Assembly (NCBI GenBank): GCA_030390025.1
Contig: JASTWF010000035.1
Coordinates: 3,782,001 to 3,846,000 of the forward strand
DNA from: Squalus acanthias
Lineage: Eukaryota
Length of the DNA: 64,000 nucleotides
Direction: 5' to 3'
This document shows positions 11,659 through 24,939 of the stretch, piece by piece (within the stretch, counting starts at the first letter, position 1; each line of letters begins with the position of its first letter). Below the pieces are notes generated by a model, which was not told where the DNA came from, searched no databases, and saw only the letters and a program-made list of their open reading frames with translations. The position numbers and the translations under genes are program-made.

Positions 11659-13326
11659 AAACATATATTCCTCTAGGGCATAAAAACCCAAAAGGAAAAG
11701 TGATCCAACCATGGCTAACAAAAGAAATTAAAGCGAGTATTAAGTCAAAGGGGGAAGCTTATAAAGTTGCCAGAAAAAGCGGTCAGCCTGAGGATTGAGA
11801 TCTTTTTAGAAATCAGCAAAGGGGGACCAAGAAATTGATCAAGAAAGGGAAAATGGAATATGAGCACAAACTAGCGAAAAATATAAAAACGGATTGTAAA
11901 AGCTTCTATAGGTATGTGAAAATGAAAAGACTGGCGAGGGAAAAGGCCGGTCCTTTACAGTCAGAGACGGGAGAATTTATAATGGGGAATGAGGAAATGG
12001 CGGAGAAATTAAATAAATACTTTGTTTCTGTCTTCACGGAGGAAGACACAAAAAACCTCCCAGAAATACGAGAAAACCAAGGGTGTGGCGAAAATGAGGA
12101 ACTTAAAAAAATTATTATTAGTAAAAAACAGTACTAGCAAAATTAATGGGACTAAAAGACGATAAATCCCAAGGACCGGATGACCTACATCCTAGGGTTT
12201 TGAAAGAGGTGGCCATTGGAATAGTGGACGCATTGGTTGTCATCTTCCAAAATTCTATAGATTCTGGAACAGTTCCTGCAGATTGGAGGATAGCAAATGT
12301 AACCCCGCTATTTAAGAAAGGCGGGAAAGAGAAAACGGGGAACTACAGACCTGTTAGCCTCACATCAGTAGCTGGAAAATGCTGGAATCTATTATAAAGA
12401 ATGCAATAACTGGGCACTTAGAAACTAATAGTAAGATTGGGCAGAGTCAACATAGATTTATGAAAGGGAAATCCTGTTTAACAAACCTATTGGAGTTCTT
12501 TGAGGATGTAACTAGTAGAGTAGACAAAGGGGAACCGGTAGATGTGGTGTATCTGGATTTTCAGAAGGCCTTCGATAAGGTCCCACACAAGAGGTTGGTG
12601 AACAGAATTAAGGCACATGGAATTGGGGGTAATATACTAGCATGGATTGAGAATTGGTTAACAGACAGAAAACAAAGAGTAGGGATAAACGGGTCTTTTT
12701 CAGGATGGCAGGCTGTGACTCGTGGGGTACCGCAAGGATCGGTGTTTGGGCCCCAGCTATTCACAATCTAAATCAATGATTTGGATGAGGGGACTAAATG
12801 TAACATTTCCAAATTTGCTGCTGATACAAAGCTAGGTGGCAGTGTCAGATGTGAAGAGGCTTCAAGGGGATCTCGACAGGCTCAGTGAGTGGGCGAGAAC
12901 ATGGCAGATGGAATATAATGTGGATAAATGTGAAGTTATCTACTTTGGTAGAAAAAACAGAAAGGCAGAGTATTTCCTAAATGGTGAAAGATTGGGGAAT
13001 GCAGATGCTCAAAGGGACATGGGTGTCCTTGTACATGAGTCACTGAAAGTAAATGTGCAGGTGCAGCAAGCCATTACGAAGGCAAATGGTATGCTGGCCT
13101 TCATTACAAGAGGATTTGAGTACAGGAGTAAAGAAGTCTTACTCCAATTATATGGGGCCTTGGTGAGACCACACCTGGAGTACTGTGTACAATTTTGGTC
13201 TCCTTACCTAAGGAAGGATATACTTGCCATAGAGGGAGTGCAACGAAGGTTCACGAGATTGATTCCTGGGATGGCGGGACTGTCGTATGAGAAGAGATTG
13301 AGTAAACTAGGCCTGTATTCTCTTGA

Positions 13327-13683
13327 GAAGTCGCACAACACCAGGTTATAGTCCAACAGTTTTATTTGAAATCACAAGCTTTAGGAGCGGCTGCTCCTTC
13401 GTCAGTTGAAGTGTAGAAATACAAATCGGCACAGCATATATAGACAGAGAACAATGTCTGTGCAGAGTACAATGTCAGACGACATTGTCTGACATTGTTC
13501 TCTGCACAGGCATTGTTCTCTGTCTATATATGCTGTGCCGATTTGTATTTCTTCACTTCACCTGACGAAGGAGCAGCCGCTCCGAAAGCTTGTGATTTCA
13601 AATAAAACTGTTGGACTATAACCTGGTGTTGTGCGACTTCTCACTTTTGTCCACCCCAGTCCAACACCGGCATCTCCGCATCA
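13327..13683 (+). mobile_element. Fold-back Penelope-like element (inverted pLTR pair plus ~40-nt 3' extension)
   Basis: Near-perfect palindrome 13324-13643 with 6-nt loop at 13481-13486; unpaired tail 13644-13683; 13-bp TSD TGTATTCTCTTGA at 13314-13326 and 13684-13696; contains a hammerhead core. Confidence 0.75.
13558..13595 (+). ncRNA. Minimal type-I hammerhead ribozyme motif
   Basis: TCAC-CTGACGA-A-GGAGC(AGCC)GCTCC-GAAA-GC-TT-GTGA: CUGANGA and GAAA cores, 5-bp stem II, stem I TCAC/GTGA, and palindromic AAGCTT in place of stem III. Confidence 0.7.
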
Positions 13684-14329
13684 TGTATTCTCTTGAATTC
13701 AGAAGAATGAGAGGGGATCTCATTGAAGCATACAACATTATTACAGGGCTTGATAGGGTGGATGCTGGGAGAATGTTTCCCTTGGCTGGGGAGTCTAGAA
13801 CCAGGGGCCACAGCCTCAGGATAAAGGGTAGGCCATTCAGGACTGAGATGAGAAGAAATTCTTCACACAGAGGGTGGTGAATCTTTGGAATTCTCTACCC
13901 CAGAGGGCTGTGGAGGCTCAGTCATTGGGTATATTCAAAACAGAAGTCGATAGATTTCTGACTAGTAAGGGCATCAAGGGATATGGCGATCGGGCTGGTG
14001 AATGGAGTTGAGGCAGAAGATCAGCCATGATCTCATTGAATAGCAGAGCAGGCTCGAAGGGCCGAATGGCCTATTCCTGCTCCTATTTCTTATGTTCTTA
14101 TGTTCTTATTAACTGTGTAATGTCAAAAAACCCAACCAATGACAACAGCCTGAATGACACTTGGGTTCGGCACATGAACAAAGCTGTCTAACACTCTTGA
14201 ACTGTCCAGTGACGGGAAACTTTGTGTGGGGCCTTGAGCTAAAAGAAACAGGAAAACCAAATACAAAGAGATCTGGATAGTTTGGAGGGGGAGGTCTGTT
14301 GATGGCAAATGGTATTTAGAGTGGAAAAT

Positions 14330-15085
14330 TGCAATAGAATGATACTAGGGAAGAAAAAGAAATGGTGGGAATATAAACTAAATGGCTGTAGATGCTAAGA
14401 TACAGCACAGGAATCCAAGGGTATTGGTGAATATCTCACTGAAAGCAACGGGAGATGAATTATGTAACAACAGTAAGGAAAGCTAACTGGATCTTGGGAT
14501 ACATAGCCAGAGGGACAAATCCCAAGAGATAACATAAGGCACTGGTCGGCCACACCTGGACTATTGTGTAGAATTCCGGTTGCCGTACTACAGCAAGGAT
14601 ATTTAGGCATTGGAGGAAGTGCAGAAAATGGCTACCAACTCAGCTTAAGACATCTCAGTTGTGAGGAGATGTAGAAAAGCCCAGGATTGTTTATTCTGGA
14701 GAAGACAGGGCTCGGGGAGATTCAATTATTCAAAATCATTAAGGGAATTGATAAATTGAATCCTGATCGTATATTGAGGCACCAGTCTCTTATCTAATAA
14801 AGATACAGAGGTGAGAAGAAGCTAGTGCACAGGTACAAGAAATAATCCAAAAGGCTAGTGGAATGTTGGCCTTAATTTTAAGGCGGTCGGAATTCAAACG
14901 TGAGGCAATGATGCTTCATTTGTACAAAGCTCTGGTCAGAAGTACTATGTTCTGTTTTGGACACTAAACCTCAGGAAGGATATATTAACCTTGGCGAGAT
15001 ACGGCACAGATTCAGAAGAATGATACCAGGGCTTAAAGGGTTAAATTATGAGGACATGTTGCATAGTCTAGGATTGTATCCTACA
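14330..15085 (+). mobile_element. Two old, heavily decayed CR1 ORF2 fragments
   Basis: Remnants such as cggccacacctggactattgtg and RFRRMIPGLKGLNYED. Confidence 0.6.
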
Positions 15086-15309
15086 GTGCAAACCAACAGG
15101 TCCTGGAAATTTGTCTGTCTTAAGTCCGATTATTTTCTCCATTACCATTTTTATACTTTTAAAGCTACTAAGTTCCTCTTCTTCCATTGTGAAAATGAAT
15201 AAAAAGTACCAAAAAAGGCTGCTTATTCCTTTTTATCCATTATAATGTAGCCTGCATCAGACTTTAATGGGCCCACATTCCCCTTTACAATTCACATAGA
15301 ATAGAATCA

Positions 15310-16740
15310 CAGAATCTAATTTTGAACATCTCTATTAAATCTTCTCTTATCCTTCTCTGCTCTGAGGAGGACAATCCCAGCTTCTCCAGTTTCTCCATGT
15401 AACTGAAGTCCCTCATCCCTTGTACCATTCTAGTAAATCCCCTCTGTACCCTCTCCCAGGCCTTGACATCCTTCCTAATGCGTGGTGCCCAGAATTGGAT
15501 ACAATACTGCAGCTGAGGCCTAACCAGTTTACTGCCTTGCTTTTGTACTATATGGGATCAACAGGTGGGGGAGGGTCAGGTGGTTAATAATTAAAAATCA
15601 CGAAACACGACCCCACATACGGCACTTAATTATCATATTTAAATCAGGCTCCCACAGTGCAGTTGGGAGCCTGATTTAAATGTAATGCTGGCCGGTCGGT
15701 TTCCTGGGCCTCGGGAAACCTGGCAGCAAAATGGAGACGGGAGGTGCCGGATCAAGCAGAGAAGTGTCTTTTCCAGCACTCCCTGGGGGCCAGAAGGAGC
15801 AAGAGAGCTCCCCCCAGCCCCACCAGCAAAACTTCTACTGATCATGGCCTCTCCTTGCTGCTGCAATTGGCCGATATTCCATCCCCTTCCCTTCCAAACC
15901 TGTGATTCCGAGCCTCCCTTCCCGTGATTAGCCGACCCCACCCCCTACATCAACCGATCTTTGCCGTCCTCCCGATTGCTGTGCTCCGACCCCATCCCCC
16001 CTGCTCTCCCCTATCTCGCCAGATGCTGTGCTGGAAACGTAATAATAAAATGATAATGAGGTCCTGGCATTAATTTTAATGTTTAGTAGGACCTCCGCAT
16101 TCAAAGGATTTCCGGGTCTCCCCCCCGCCCCTCCTCCCCTGCCCCCAGCAACACGCTCCCCCACTCCCTCCCCATAAATGTCAGGGCCAATGTCTCTATT
16201 TATAAAGCCCACAATTCCATATGCTTTTTTAACCACCTTCTCAACTTGCCCTACCATCTTCAAAGATTTGTATATGTACACCCCCAGGTCTCTGTTCCTA
16301 CACCCACTTTAAAATTGTACTATTTAGTTTATATTGTCTCTGCTCATTCTTCCTTCCAAAATGACTCACTTCACACTTCTCTGCATTAAATTTCATCTAC
16401 CATGCATTTGCTCATTTCACCAGTCTGTCTCTGTCCTCCTGAAGTCTGTTACTATCCTCCACATTGTTTACTACATTTCCGAGTTTCGTGTCATCTGCAA
16501 ACTTTCAAATTATACCCAAGTCCAGATCATTAATCTATATCAAAAAGAACAGTGGTCCTAATACTGACCCTGAGGGACACCACTGTTTACTTCCCTCCAT
16601 TCTGAAAAATAACCGTTCATTACTACACTCTGTTCCTTAGCCAACTTTGTATCCAAGCACCCACTGCCCCTTTAATCACTCGGGTTTCAATTTTGATAAC
16701 ATGTTTATTATGTGTTACTTTATCAAATGCCTTTTGAAAG
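15310..16740 (-). mobile_element. Decayed CR1 ORF2 fragment with a nested GC-rich element
   Basis: KSLKMVGQVEKVVKKAYGIVGFINR; reverse complements of the QGSV and KAFDKV motifs. Confidence 0.8.
15554..16188. mobile_element. Probable non-autonomous TIR element (Harbinger-like), left end degraded
   Basis: Interrupts the CR1 between tgtactatatg and tctctatttataaagccc; right end TAAATGTCAGGGCC resembles the other TIRs in the window. Confidence 0.45.
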
Positions 16741-16830
16741 GCACTGAGAGTAGCAAGGGCACAGAATGTACTCTGGGTGGGGGACTTCAATGTCCATCAC
16801 CAAGAGTGGCTCGGTAGCACCACTACTGAC

Positions 16831-17656
16831 CATAGAAAAATAGGAGCAGGAGCAGGAGCAGGCCATTCGGCCCTTCGAGCCTGCTCCGCCATTCAGAAGA
16901 TCATGGCTGATCCTCTATCTCAATACCATATTCCCGCTCTCTCCTCATACGCCTTGATGCCTTTTGTGTCTAGAAATCTATCTATCTCCTTCTTAAATAT
17001 ATTCAGTGACTTGGCCTCCACAGCCTTCTGTGGTAGAGAATTCCACAAGTTCACCACCCGCTGAGTGAAGATTTCTCTTCATCTCAGTCCTAAATGTCCT
17101 ACCCCGTATCCTGAGACTGTGACCCCTCGTTCTAGACCCCCCAGCCAGGGGAAACATCCTCCCTGCATCCAGTCTGTCTAGCCCTGTCAGAATTTTATAC
17201 GTTTCAATGAGATCCCCTCTCGTTCTTCTAAACTCTAGTGAATACAGGCCTAGTCAACCCAATCACTCCTCATTCAACAGTCCTGCCATGCCAGGAATCA
17301 GTCTGGTGAACCTTCACTGCACTCCCTCTATGGCAAGTATATCCTTTCTTAGGTAAGGAGACCAAAACTGCACACAGTACTCCAGGTGTGGTCTCACCAA
17401 GGCCCTGTACAACTGTAGCAAGACATCCTTACTCCTGTACTCAAATCCTCTTGCAGTGAAGGCCAACATACCATTTGCCTTCCTAACTGCTTGCTGCACC
17501 TGCATGTTTGCTTTCAGTGACTGGTGTACAAGGACACCCAGGTCCTTTTGTACATAAACATTTCCCAATCTATCACCATTTAAATAATACTCTGCCTTTC
17601 TGTTTTTCCTACCGAAGTGGATAACTTCACATTTATCCACGTTCTACTGCATCTGC
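16831..17656 (-). mobile_element. CR1 3' fragment
   Basis: DKCEVIHFG...RPHLEYCVQFWSPYLRKD plus CR1 3' UTR. Confidence 0.9.
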
Positions 17657-18636
17657 CATGTGGGGCAGACGGTGGTTGAAGGGGCGAGTGGGTGGGGTGC
17701 TTGGGTTGACGTGCGCTCCTTCCGCTGTTTGCACTTGGCTTCCGCTTGCTCCCGGCAAAGAGACTCGAGGTGTTCGGCGCCTTCCCGGATGCTTCTCCTC
17801 CACTTTGTGCGGTCTTGGGCCAGGGATTCCCAGGTGTCGGTGGGGATGTTGCACTTTTTCAAGGAGGCTTTGAGGGTGTCCTTGAAGCGTTTCCTTTGCA
17901 CACCTGGGGCCCTCTTGCTGTGTCGGAGCTCCGAGTAGAGCGCTTGTTTTGGGAGTCTCGTATCGGGCATGCGGACGATGTGACCCGTCCATCGGAGCTG
18001 ATCAAGCGTGGTCAAAGCTTCGATGCTGGGGATGTTGGCCTGAGCGAGAACACTGACGTCGGTGCGCCTATCCTGCCAATGGATTTGCAGGAACTTGCAG
18101 AGGCAGCATTGGTGGTACCTCTCAAGTGCTTTGAGGTGCCTGCTGTACATGGTTCACGTCTCTGAAGCATACAGGAGGGTGGGTATCACTACTGCTCTGT
18201 AGACCATGAGCGTGGTGCTGGGTTTGAGGTCCTGGTCTTCAAACACACTCTTCCGAAGGCTACACTGCCACACTGAAGGCGGTGTTGGACTTCGTCATCA
18301 ACATCTGCCCTTGTTGACAGGCTCCTGAGGTATGGAAAGTGGTCCACGTTGTCCAAGGCCTCGTCATGGATTTTGATAATCCGGGAGCAGCACAGTGTGG
18401 CGGGGGCAGGTTGGTAGAGGATCTTTGTCTTACGGATGTTTAGTGTAAGGCCCATGCTCTCGTATGCTTCGGTGAAGGTGTTGACGATGATTTGGAGTTC
18501 GACCTCAGAGTGTGCGCAGACGCAAGGGTCGTCTGCATACTGTAATTCGATGACAGAGGATGGGATGACCTTGGATCTGGACTGGAGGCAACGGAGGTTG
18601 AACAGTTTCCCGTTTGTTCTGTAGATTAGCTCCACT
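17657..18636 (-). mobile_element. RTE-clade (BovB-like) LINE fragment
   Basis: YRTNGKLFNL...ELQYADD and LRWTGHIVRMPDTRLPKQALYSEL...QRKRFKDTLK are typical of the RTE RT and C-terminal region. Confidence 0.85.
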
Positions 18637-20745
18637 CCAGCGGGAATTCTACCATGTTATGGTCACTCTTCCCTAAAGGACCCCGTACAACAAGATTCTT
18701 AATTAACCCCTTATTGCACAATACCCAAGCTAGGATAGCCTGTTCCCGAGTTGGCTCCTCAATGTACTGGTCTAAAAAAACATCTCGTACACACTCCAGG
18801 AATTCATCCTCCCCAGTATTATTACTAATTTGGTTTGGCCAGTCTATATGTAGATTAAAGTCACCCATGATTACTGTAGTACCCTTGTTACATGCATCTC
18901 AAGTTTCCTGTTTGATGCCATCCCCTACATTACCACTACTGTTTGGAGGCCTATAGACAACTCCCACCAATGTTTTCTGCCCCTTGGTGCTTCTTAGCTC
19001 CACCCAGACTAGAAACATAGAAGATAGAAGCAGGAGTAGGAAATTCGGCCTCTCGAACCTGCTCCACCATTCGATGAGCTCATGGCTGATCATCCAAACT
19101 CAGTACCCTGTACCTGCCTTCTCCCCATATCCCTTGATACCTTTAGCTTTAAGAAATATATCTAACTCATTCTTGAATATATTTAATGACTTGGCCTCAA
19201 CTACCTTCTGTGGTAGAGAATTCCACAGGTTCACCACTCTCTGGGTGAAGAAATTCTTCCTCATTTCTGTCCTGAATGGCTTACCCCTTATCCTTAGACT
19301 GTGACCTCTGGTTCTGGACTCTCCGACCATCGGGAACATTCTTCCTGCATCTAGTTTGTCCAGACCTGTCAGAATTTTATATGTTTCGATGAGCTCCCCT
19401 CTCATTCTTCTATACTCCAGCGAGTATAAGCCCAATCGACCCAATCTCTCCTCATATGTCATTCCTGCCATCCCACGTATCAGCCTTGTGAATCTTCGCT
19501 GAACTCCTTCCATGGCAAGAACATCCTTCCTCAGATAAGGTGACCAAAACTGCACACAATACTCAAGGTGTGGTCTCACCAAGGCCCTGTACAACTGCAG
19601 CAGGACATCCCTGTTCCTATACTCAAACCCTTTTGCTATGAAGGCCAACATACCATTTGTCTTCTTCACCGCCTGCTGCACCTGCATGCTTACCTTCAGT
19701 GACTGGTGCACAATGACACCCAGGTCTCGTTGCACTTCCCCTTCTCCCAATCTATTGCCATTCAGATAATAGTCTGCCTTTCTGTTTTTGACACCAAAGT
19801 GGATAACCTCGCATTTATCCACGTTATATTGCATCTGCCACGCTTCTGCCCACTCACCCAACCTGTCCAAATCATCCTGGAGTTTCTCGGTATCCTCCTC
19901 GCAGCACACACGCCCACCCAGCTTTGTGTCATCTGCAAACTTGGAGATATTACATTTAGTTCCCTTATCTAGATCATTAATGTATATTGTGAATAGCTAG
20001 GGTCCAAGGACCGATCCCTGCGGTACCCCACTAGTCACTGCCTGCCACTCGGAAAAAGACCCATTAATTCCTACTCTCTGCTTTCTGTCCGCCAACCAGT
20101 TCTCTATCCAAGTCAATACCTTGCCCCCAATCCCATGTGCCTCAACTTTACACGCTAATCTCTTATGCAGGACCTTATCGAAAGCCTTTTGAAAGTCCAA
20201 ATACACCACATCTACTGGTTCTCCCTTATCTATTTTCCCAGTTACATCCTCAAAAAATTCCAGTAGATTAGTCAAGCACGATTTATCTTTTGTAAATCCA
20301 TGTTGACTTTGTCCGATCCTGTCACTGTTTTTCAAGTGTTCAGCTATTACATCCTTTATAATGGACTAGCATTTTCCCCACTACCGATGTCGGGCTTACC
20401 GGTCTGTAATTCCCTGCTTTCTCTCTACCACCCTTTTTGAATAGTGGGGTAACATTAGCTACCCTCCAATCCATGGGTACAGTTCCAGATTCCATCGAAT
20501 GTTGGAAGATGATCAACAATGCATCTACTATTTCTATTTCTACATCTTGATTTTCTGAGCCAGTAGCCTTTCTCCATATTGCTCTGATTTCATCTTTTAC
20601 TAACAACGCCACCCGACCTCCTTTTCCTTTTTACCTGTCCTTCCTAAATATCGAATATCCTTGGATATTCAGCTCCCAGTCTTGGTCACCCTGCAGCCAT
20701 GTCTCCGTAATCGCAATTATATCGTATCCGTTTACATCTATTTGC
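18637..20745 (-). mobile_element. CR1 APE fragment (18637-19010 and 20537-20745) split by a younger CR1
   Basis: WVELRSTKGQKTLVGVVYRPP, MGDFN, SDH. Confidence 0.8.
19011..20536 (-). mobile_element. 5'-truncated CR1 (RT and 3' UTR); carries the left breakpoint of the tandem duplication
   Basis: ORFs 19100-19909 and 19997-20335; tail agaaacatagaagatag. Confidence 0.92.
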
Positions 20746-22635
20746 ATATCCCTGAAGGACGTAACTGCCAGTCTGGGCCTGCGACAGGTGGTGAGAGAAC
20801 CAACACGATGGAAAAACCTATCCTACCTTCCTCACCAATCTACCTGTCGTAGATGCATCTGTCCATGACCGCATTGGTAGCAGTGACCACCGCACAGTCA
20901 TTGTGGAGATGAAGTCCCATCTTCACACTGAGGACACCCTCCATTGTGTTGTGTGGCACTACCACCGTGCTAAATGGGATAGATTCAGAACAGATCTAGC
21001 AGCTCAAACCTGGGCATCCATGAGGTGCTGTAGGCCATCAGCAGCAGCAGAATTGTATTCCACCACAATCTGTAACTTCATGGCCCGGCATATCCCTCAC
21101 TGTACCATTACCACCAAGCCAGGGGACCAACCCTGGTTCAATAAGGAGTGTAGAAGAGCATGCCAGGAGCAGCACCAGGCATACCAAAAAATGAGATGCC
21201 AACCTGGGGAAGCTGCAACACAGGACTACATGCATGCTAAAAAGCAGAAGCAGCATGCTATAGACAGGGCGAAGCGATTCCATAATCAACAGATCAGAAC
21301 AAAGCTCTGCAGTCCTGCCACATCCAGTCGTGAATGGTGGTCGATATTTAAACAACTAACGGGAGGAGGAGGCTCCATGAATATTCCCCATCCTCAATGA
21401 TGGTGGAGCCCAGCACATGAGTGCAAAAGACAAGGCTGAAGCGTTTGCAACCATCTTCAGCCAGAAGTGCTGAGTGGATGATCCATATCGGCCTACTTCC
21501 GAGGTCCCTACCATCACAGAAGCCAGTCTTCAGCCAATTCGATTCACTCCACGTGATATCAAGAAACGGCTGTGCACACTGGATACAGCAAAGGCTATGG
21601 GCCCCGACAACATCCCGGCTATCGTGCTGAAGACTTGTGCTCCAGAACTAGCCGCGCCTCTAGCCAAGCTGTTCCAGTACAGCTACAAGACTGGCATCTA
21701 TCCGACAATGTGGAAAAGGGCCCAGGTATGTCCTGTCCACAAAAAGCAGGACAAATCCAACCCAGCCAATTACCGCCCCATCAGTCTGCTCTCAATCATC
21801 AGCAAAATGATGGAAGGTGTCATCGACAGTGCTATCAAGCGGCACTTCCAGAAGTGAAGTGAGAGTGACTGCCCTTGACATCAAGGCAGTATTTGACCGA
21901 GTGTGGCATCAAGGAGCCCTAGTGAAACTGAAGTCAATGGGAATCGGGGAAAACGCTCCACTAGCTGGAGTCATACCTAGCACAAAGGAAGATGGTTGTG
22001 GTGGTTGAAGGTCAATCATCACACCCCACAGGACATCGCTGCAGGAGTTCCTCAGGGCAGTGTCCAAGGCCCAGCCATCTTCAGCTGCTTCATCAATGAC
22101 CTTCCCTCCAACATAAGGTCAGAAATGGGGATGTTCGCTGATGACTGCACAGTGTTCAGTGCCATTCACAACTCCTCAGATAATGAAGCAGTCCATGCCC
22201 ACGTGCAACAAGACCTGGACGACGTTCAGGCTTGGGCTGATAAGTGGCAGGTAACATTCGCGCCACAGAAGTGCCAGACAATGACTATCTCCAACAAGCG
22301 AGAGTCTAACCACCTCCCCTTGACATTCAACGGCATTACCATCGCCGAATCCCCCACCATCAACATCCTGGGTGTCACCATTGACCAGAAACTTAACTGG
22401 ACCAGCTACATAAACACTGTGGCAACAAGAGCAGGTCAGAGGCTTGGTATTCTGCGGTGAGTGTCTCACCTCCTGACTCCCCAAAGCCGTTCCACCATCT
22501 ACAAGGCACAAGTAAGGAGTGTGACGGAATACTCTGCACTTGCCTGGATGAGTGCAGCTCCAACAGCACTCAAGAAGCTCGACACCATCCAAGACAAAGC
22601 AGCCTGCTTGATTGGCACACCATGCACCACCTTAA

Positions 22636-24240
22636 CATAGAAACATAGAAAATAGGTACAGGAGTAGACCATTCGGTCCTTCGAGCCTGCACCGCCATTC
22701 AATGCGTTCATGGCTGAACATGCTACCTCAGTACCCCATTCCTGCTTTCTCGCCATACCCCTTGATCCCCCTAGTTGTGACTGTTATATCTAACTCCCTT
22801 TTGAATATATTTAGCAAACTGGCCTCAACAACCTTCTGTGGAAGAGAATTCCATAGATTCACCACTCTCTGGGTGAAGAAGTTCCTCCTCAGCTCAGTCT
22901 TAAATGGCTTCCCCTTAATCCTTAGACTGTGACCCCTGGTTCTAGTTTTCCCTAACATTGGGAACATTCTGCCCGCATCTAATTTGTCTAAACCAGTCAG
23001 GATTTTAAATGTCTCTATAAGATCCCCCCTCATTCTTCTGAACTCCAGAAGATACAAGTTCAGTTGACCCAATCTTTCTTGATATGTCAGTCCGGCCATC
23101 CCAGGAATCAATCAAGTGAACCTTCGCTGCACTCCCTCAATAGCAAGAATGTCCTTCCTTAAGTTAGGAGACCAAAACTGCGCACAATACTCCAGGTGTG
23201 GCCTCACCAAGGCCCTGTACAACTGCAGCATCACCTCCCTACTCCTGTACTCAAATCCCCTTACTATGAAGGCCATCATTCCGTTTGCTTTCTTGACTGC
23301 CTGCTGCACTTGCATTCCCACCTTCAGTGACTGATGTACCATGACGCCCAGGTCTCGTTGCACCTCCCCTTTCCCTAATCTGCCACCATTCAGGTAATAG
23401 TCCGCCTCTCTATTTTTACCACCAAAGTGGATAACCTCACATTTATCCACATTGTACTTCATCTGCCATACATTTGCCCATTCACCCAACCTGTCCAAGT
23501 CACTCTGTAGCCTCCTAGCATCCTCCTCATTGTTCACACTGCCTCCCAATTTAGTGTCATCCACAAATTTGGAGATATTACATTTAATCCCTTCGTCCAA
23601 ATCATTAATATATAATGTAAACAGCTGGGGTCCCAGCACCGAACCCTGCGGTACCCCGCTGGTCACTGCCTGCCATTCTGAAAAGTACCCATTTACTCCT
23701 ACTCTTTGTTTCCTGTGTGCCAACCAGTTCTCAATCCACGTCAACACATTACCCCCAATCCCATGTGCTTTAACTTTGCTCACCAATCTCTTGTGTGGGA
23801 CCTTGTCGAAGGCCTTCTGAAAGTCCAAATACACCACATCTACTGGTTCCCCCCTGTCCACCCTATTGGAAACATCCTCAAAAAATTCCAGAAGATTTGT
23901 CAAGCATGATTTCCCTTTCACAAATCCATGCTGACTTGGACCTATCATGTCGCCACTTTCCAAATGGTCTGTTATGACATCTTTAATAATTGCTTCCATC
24001 ATTTTACCCACGACCGATGTCAGGCTGACCGGTCTATAATTCCCTGCTTTCTCCCTCCCTCCTTTTTTAAAAAGAGGGGTTACATTGGCCACCCTCCACT
24101 CCATCGGAACTGATCCAGAGTCTAAGGAATGTTGGAAAATGATCGTCAATGCATCCACTATTTCCAAGGCCACCTCCTTAAGTACTCTGGGATTCAGACC
24201 ATCAGGCCCCGGGGATTTTTCAGCCTTCAGTCCCATCAAT
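22636..24240 (-). mobile_element. 5'-truncated CR1 (RT) inserted in the second LINE; duplicate at 29041-30645
   Basis: 375-aa ORF with KFVDDTK; a frameshift near 23110 from a short AATC duplication; 3' tail present. Confidence 0.92.
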
Positions 24241-24939
24241 TAAACATTCACTCCCTCCACCACCGGTGTACCGTGGCTGCAGTGTGTACCACCTACAAGA
24301 TGCACTGCAGCAACTCGCCAAGGCTTCTTCAGCAACACCTCCGAAACCCGCGACCTCTTGCACCTAGAAGGACAAGGGCAGCAGGCGTATGGGAACACCA
24401 CCACCTCCAAGTTCCCCTCCAAGTCACACACCATCCTGACTTAGAAATATATCGCCGATCCTTCATCGTCGCTGGGTCAAAATCCTGGAACTGCCTACCT
24501 AACAGCACTATGGGAGTACCTTCACCACACGGACTGCAGCGGTTCAAGAAGGTGGCTCACCACCACCTTCTCAGGGGCAATTAGGGATGGGCAATAAATG
24601 CTGGCCTTGCCAGCGACGCCCACATCCCATAAACGAATAAGAAAAAGGCCATATACACATCAACCGTACTACCCTCATCCACCCACAGGGTTGTAACATT
24701 TGCAATCCTCTTGACACCGTTTCCGTATCTAAGGAAGATTGTGGCCAGAGCCTCCTCAATTACTTCCCTCAGCAACCTAGGATGCATCCCATCCGGACTG
24801 GGTGACTTTTCTACTTTGAGGACTGCCAACCTTTTAAGTACCTCCTATCTATTTTGAACCCTTACCCTAACCCTATCCAATTTCTCTACTACCTACTGCT
24901 TTACTACTGCATTTAGTGAAGACAGATGAAAAGTATTCA

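Larger units (their letters stand above)
9514..14108 (+). mobile_element. Degenerate 5'-truncated CR1 LINE (APE C-terminus, RT, 3' UTR) with three nested insertions
   Basis: MGDFN...SDH, YLDFQKAFDKVPH, GVPQGSV, RPHLEYCVQFWSP; stops and frameshifts; (TTCTTATG)n tail near 14090-14108. Confidence 0.92.
16741..24647 (+). mobile_element. Second LINE family (CR1/L2 group; APE plus RT) in pieces at 16741-16830, 20746-22635 and 24240-24647
   Basis: WVGDFNVHHQEWLG, KAMGPDNIP, NYRPISLLS, GVPQGSV, MFADDCT; 3' end GGGCAATAAATGCTGGCCTTGCCAGCGACGCCCACATCCC followed by an A-rich tail. Confidence 0.85.

Noticed and set aside
13324..13643. MITE or pre-miRNA reading of the hairpin
   Set aside because: The one-sided tail, 12-13-bp TSDs, variable inversion point and hammerhead core fit a Penelope-type retro-insertion better; small-RNA production is not excluded.
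24856..24876. Telomere-like CCCTTACCCTAACCCTA
   Set aside because: Only about three imperfect units inside a CR1 remnant.
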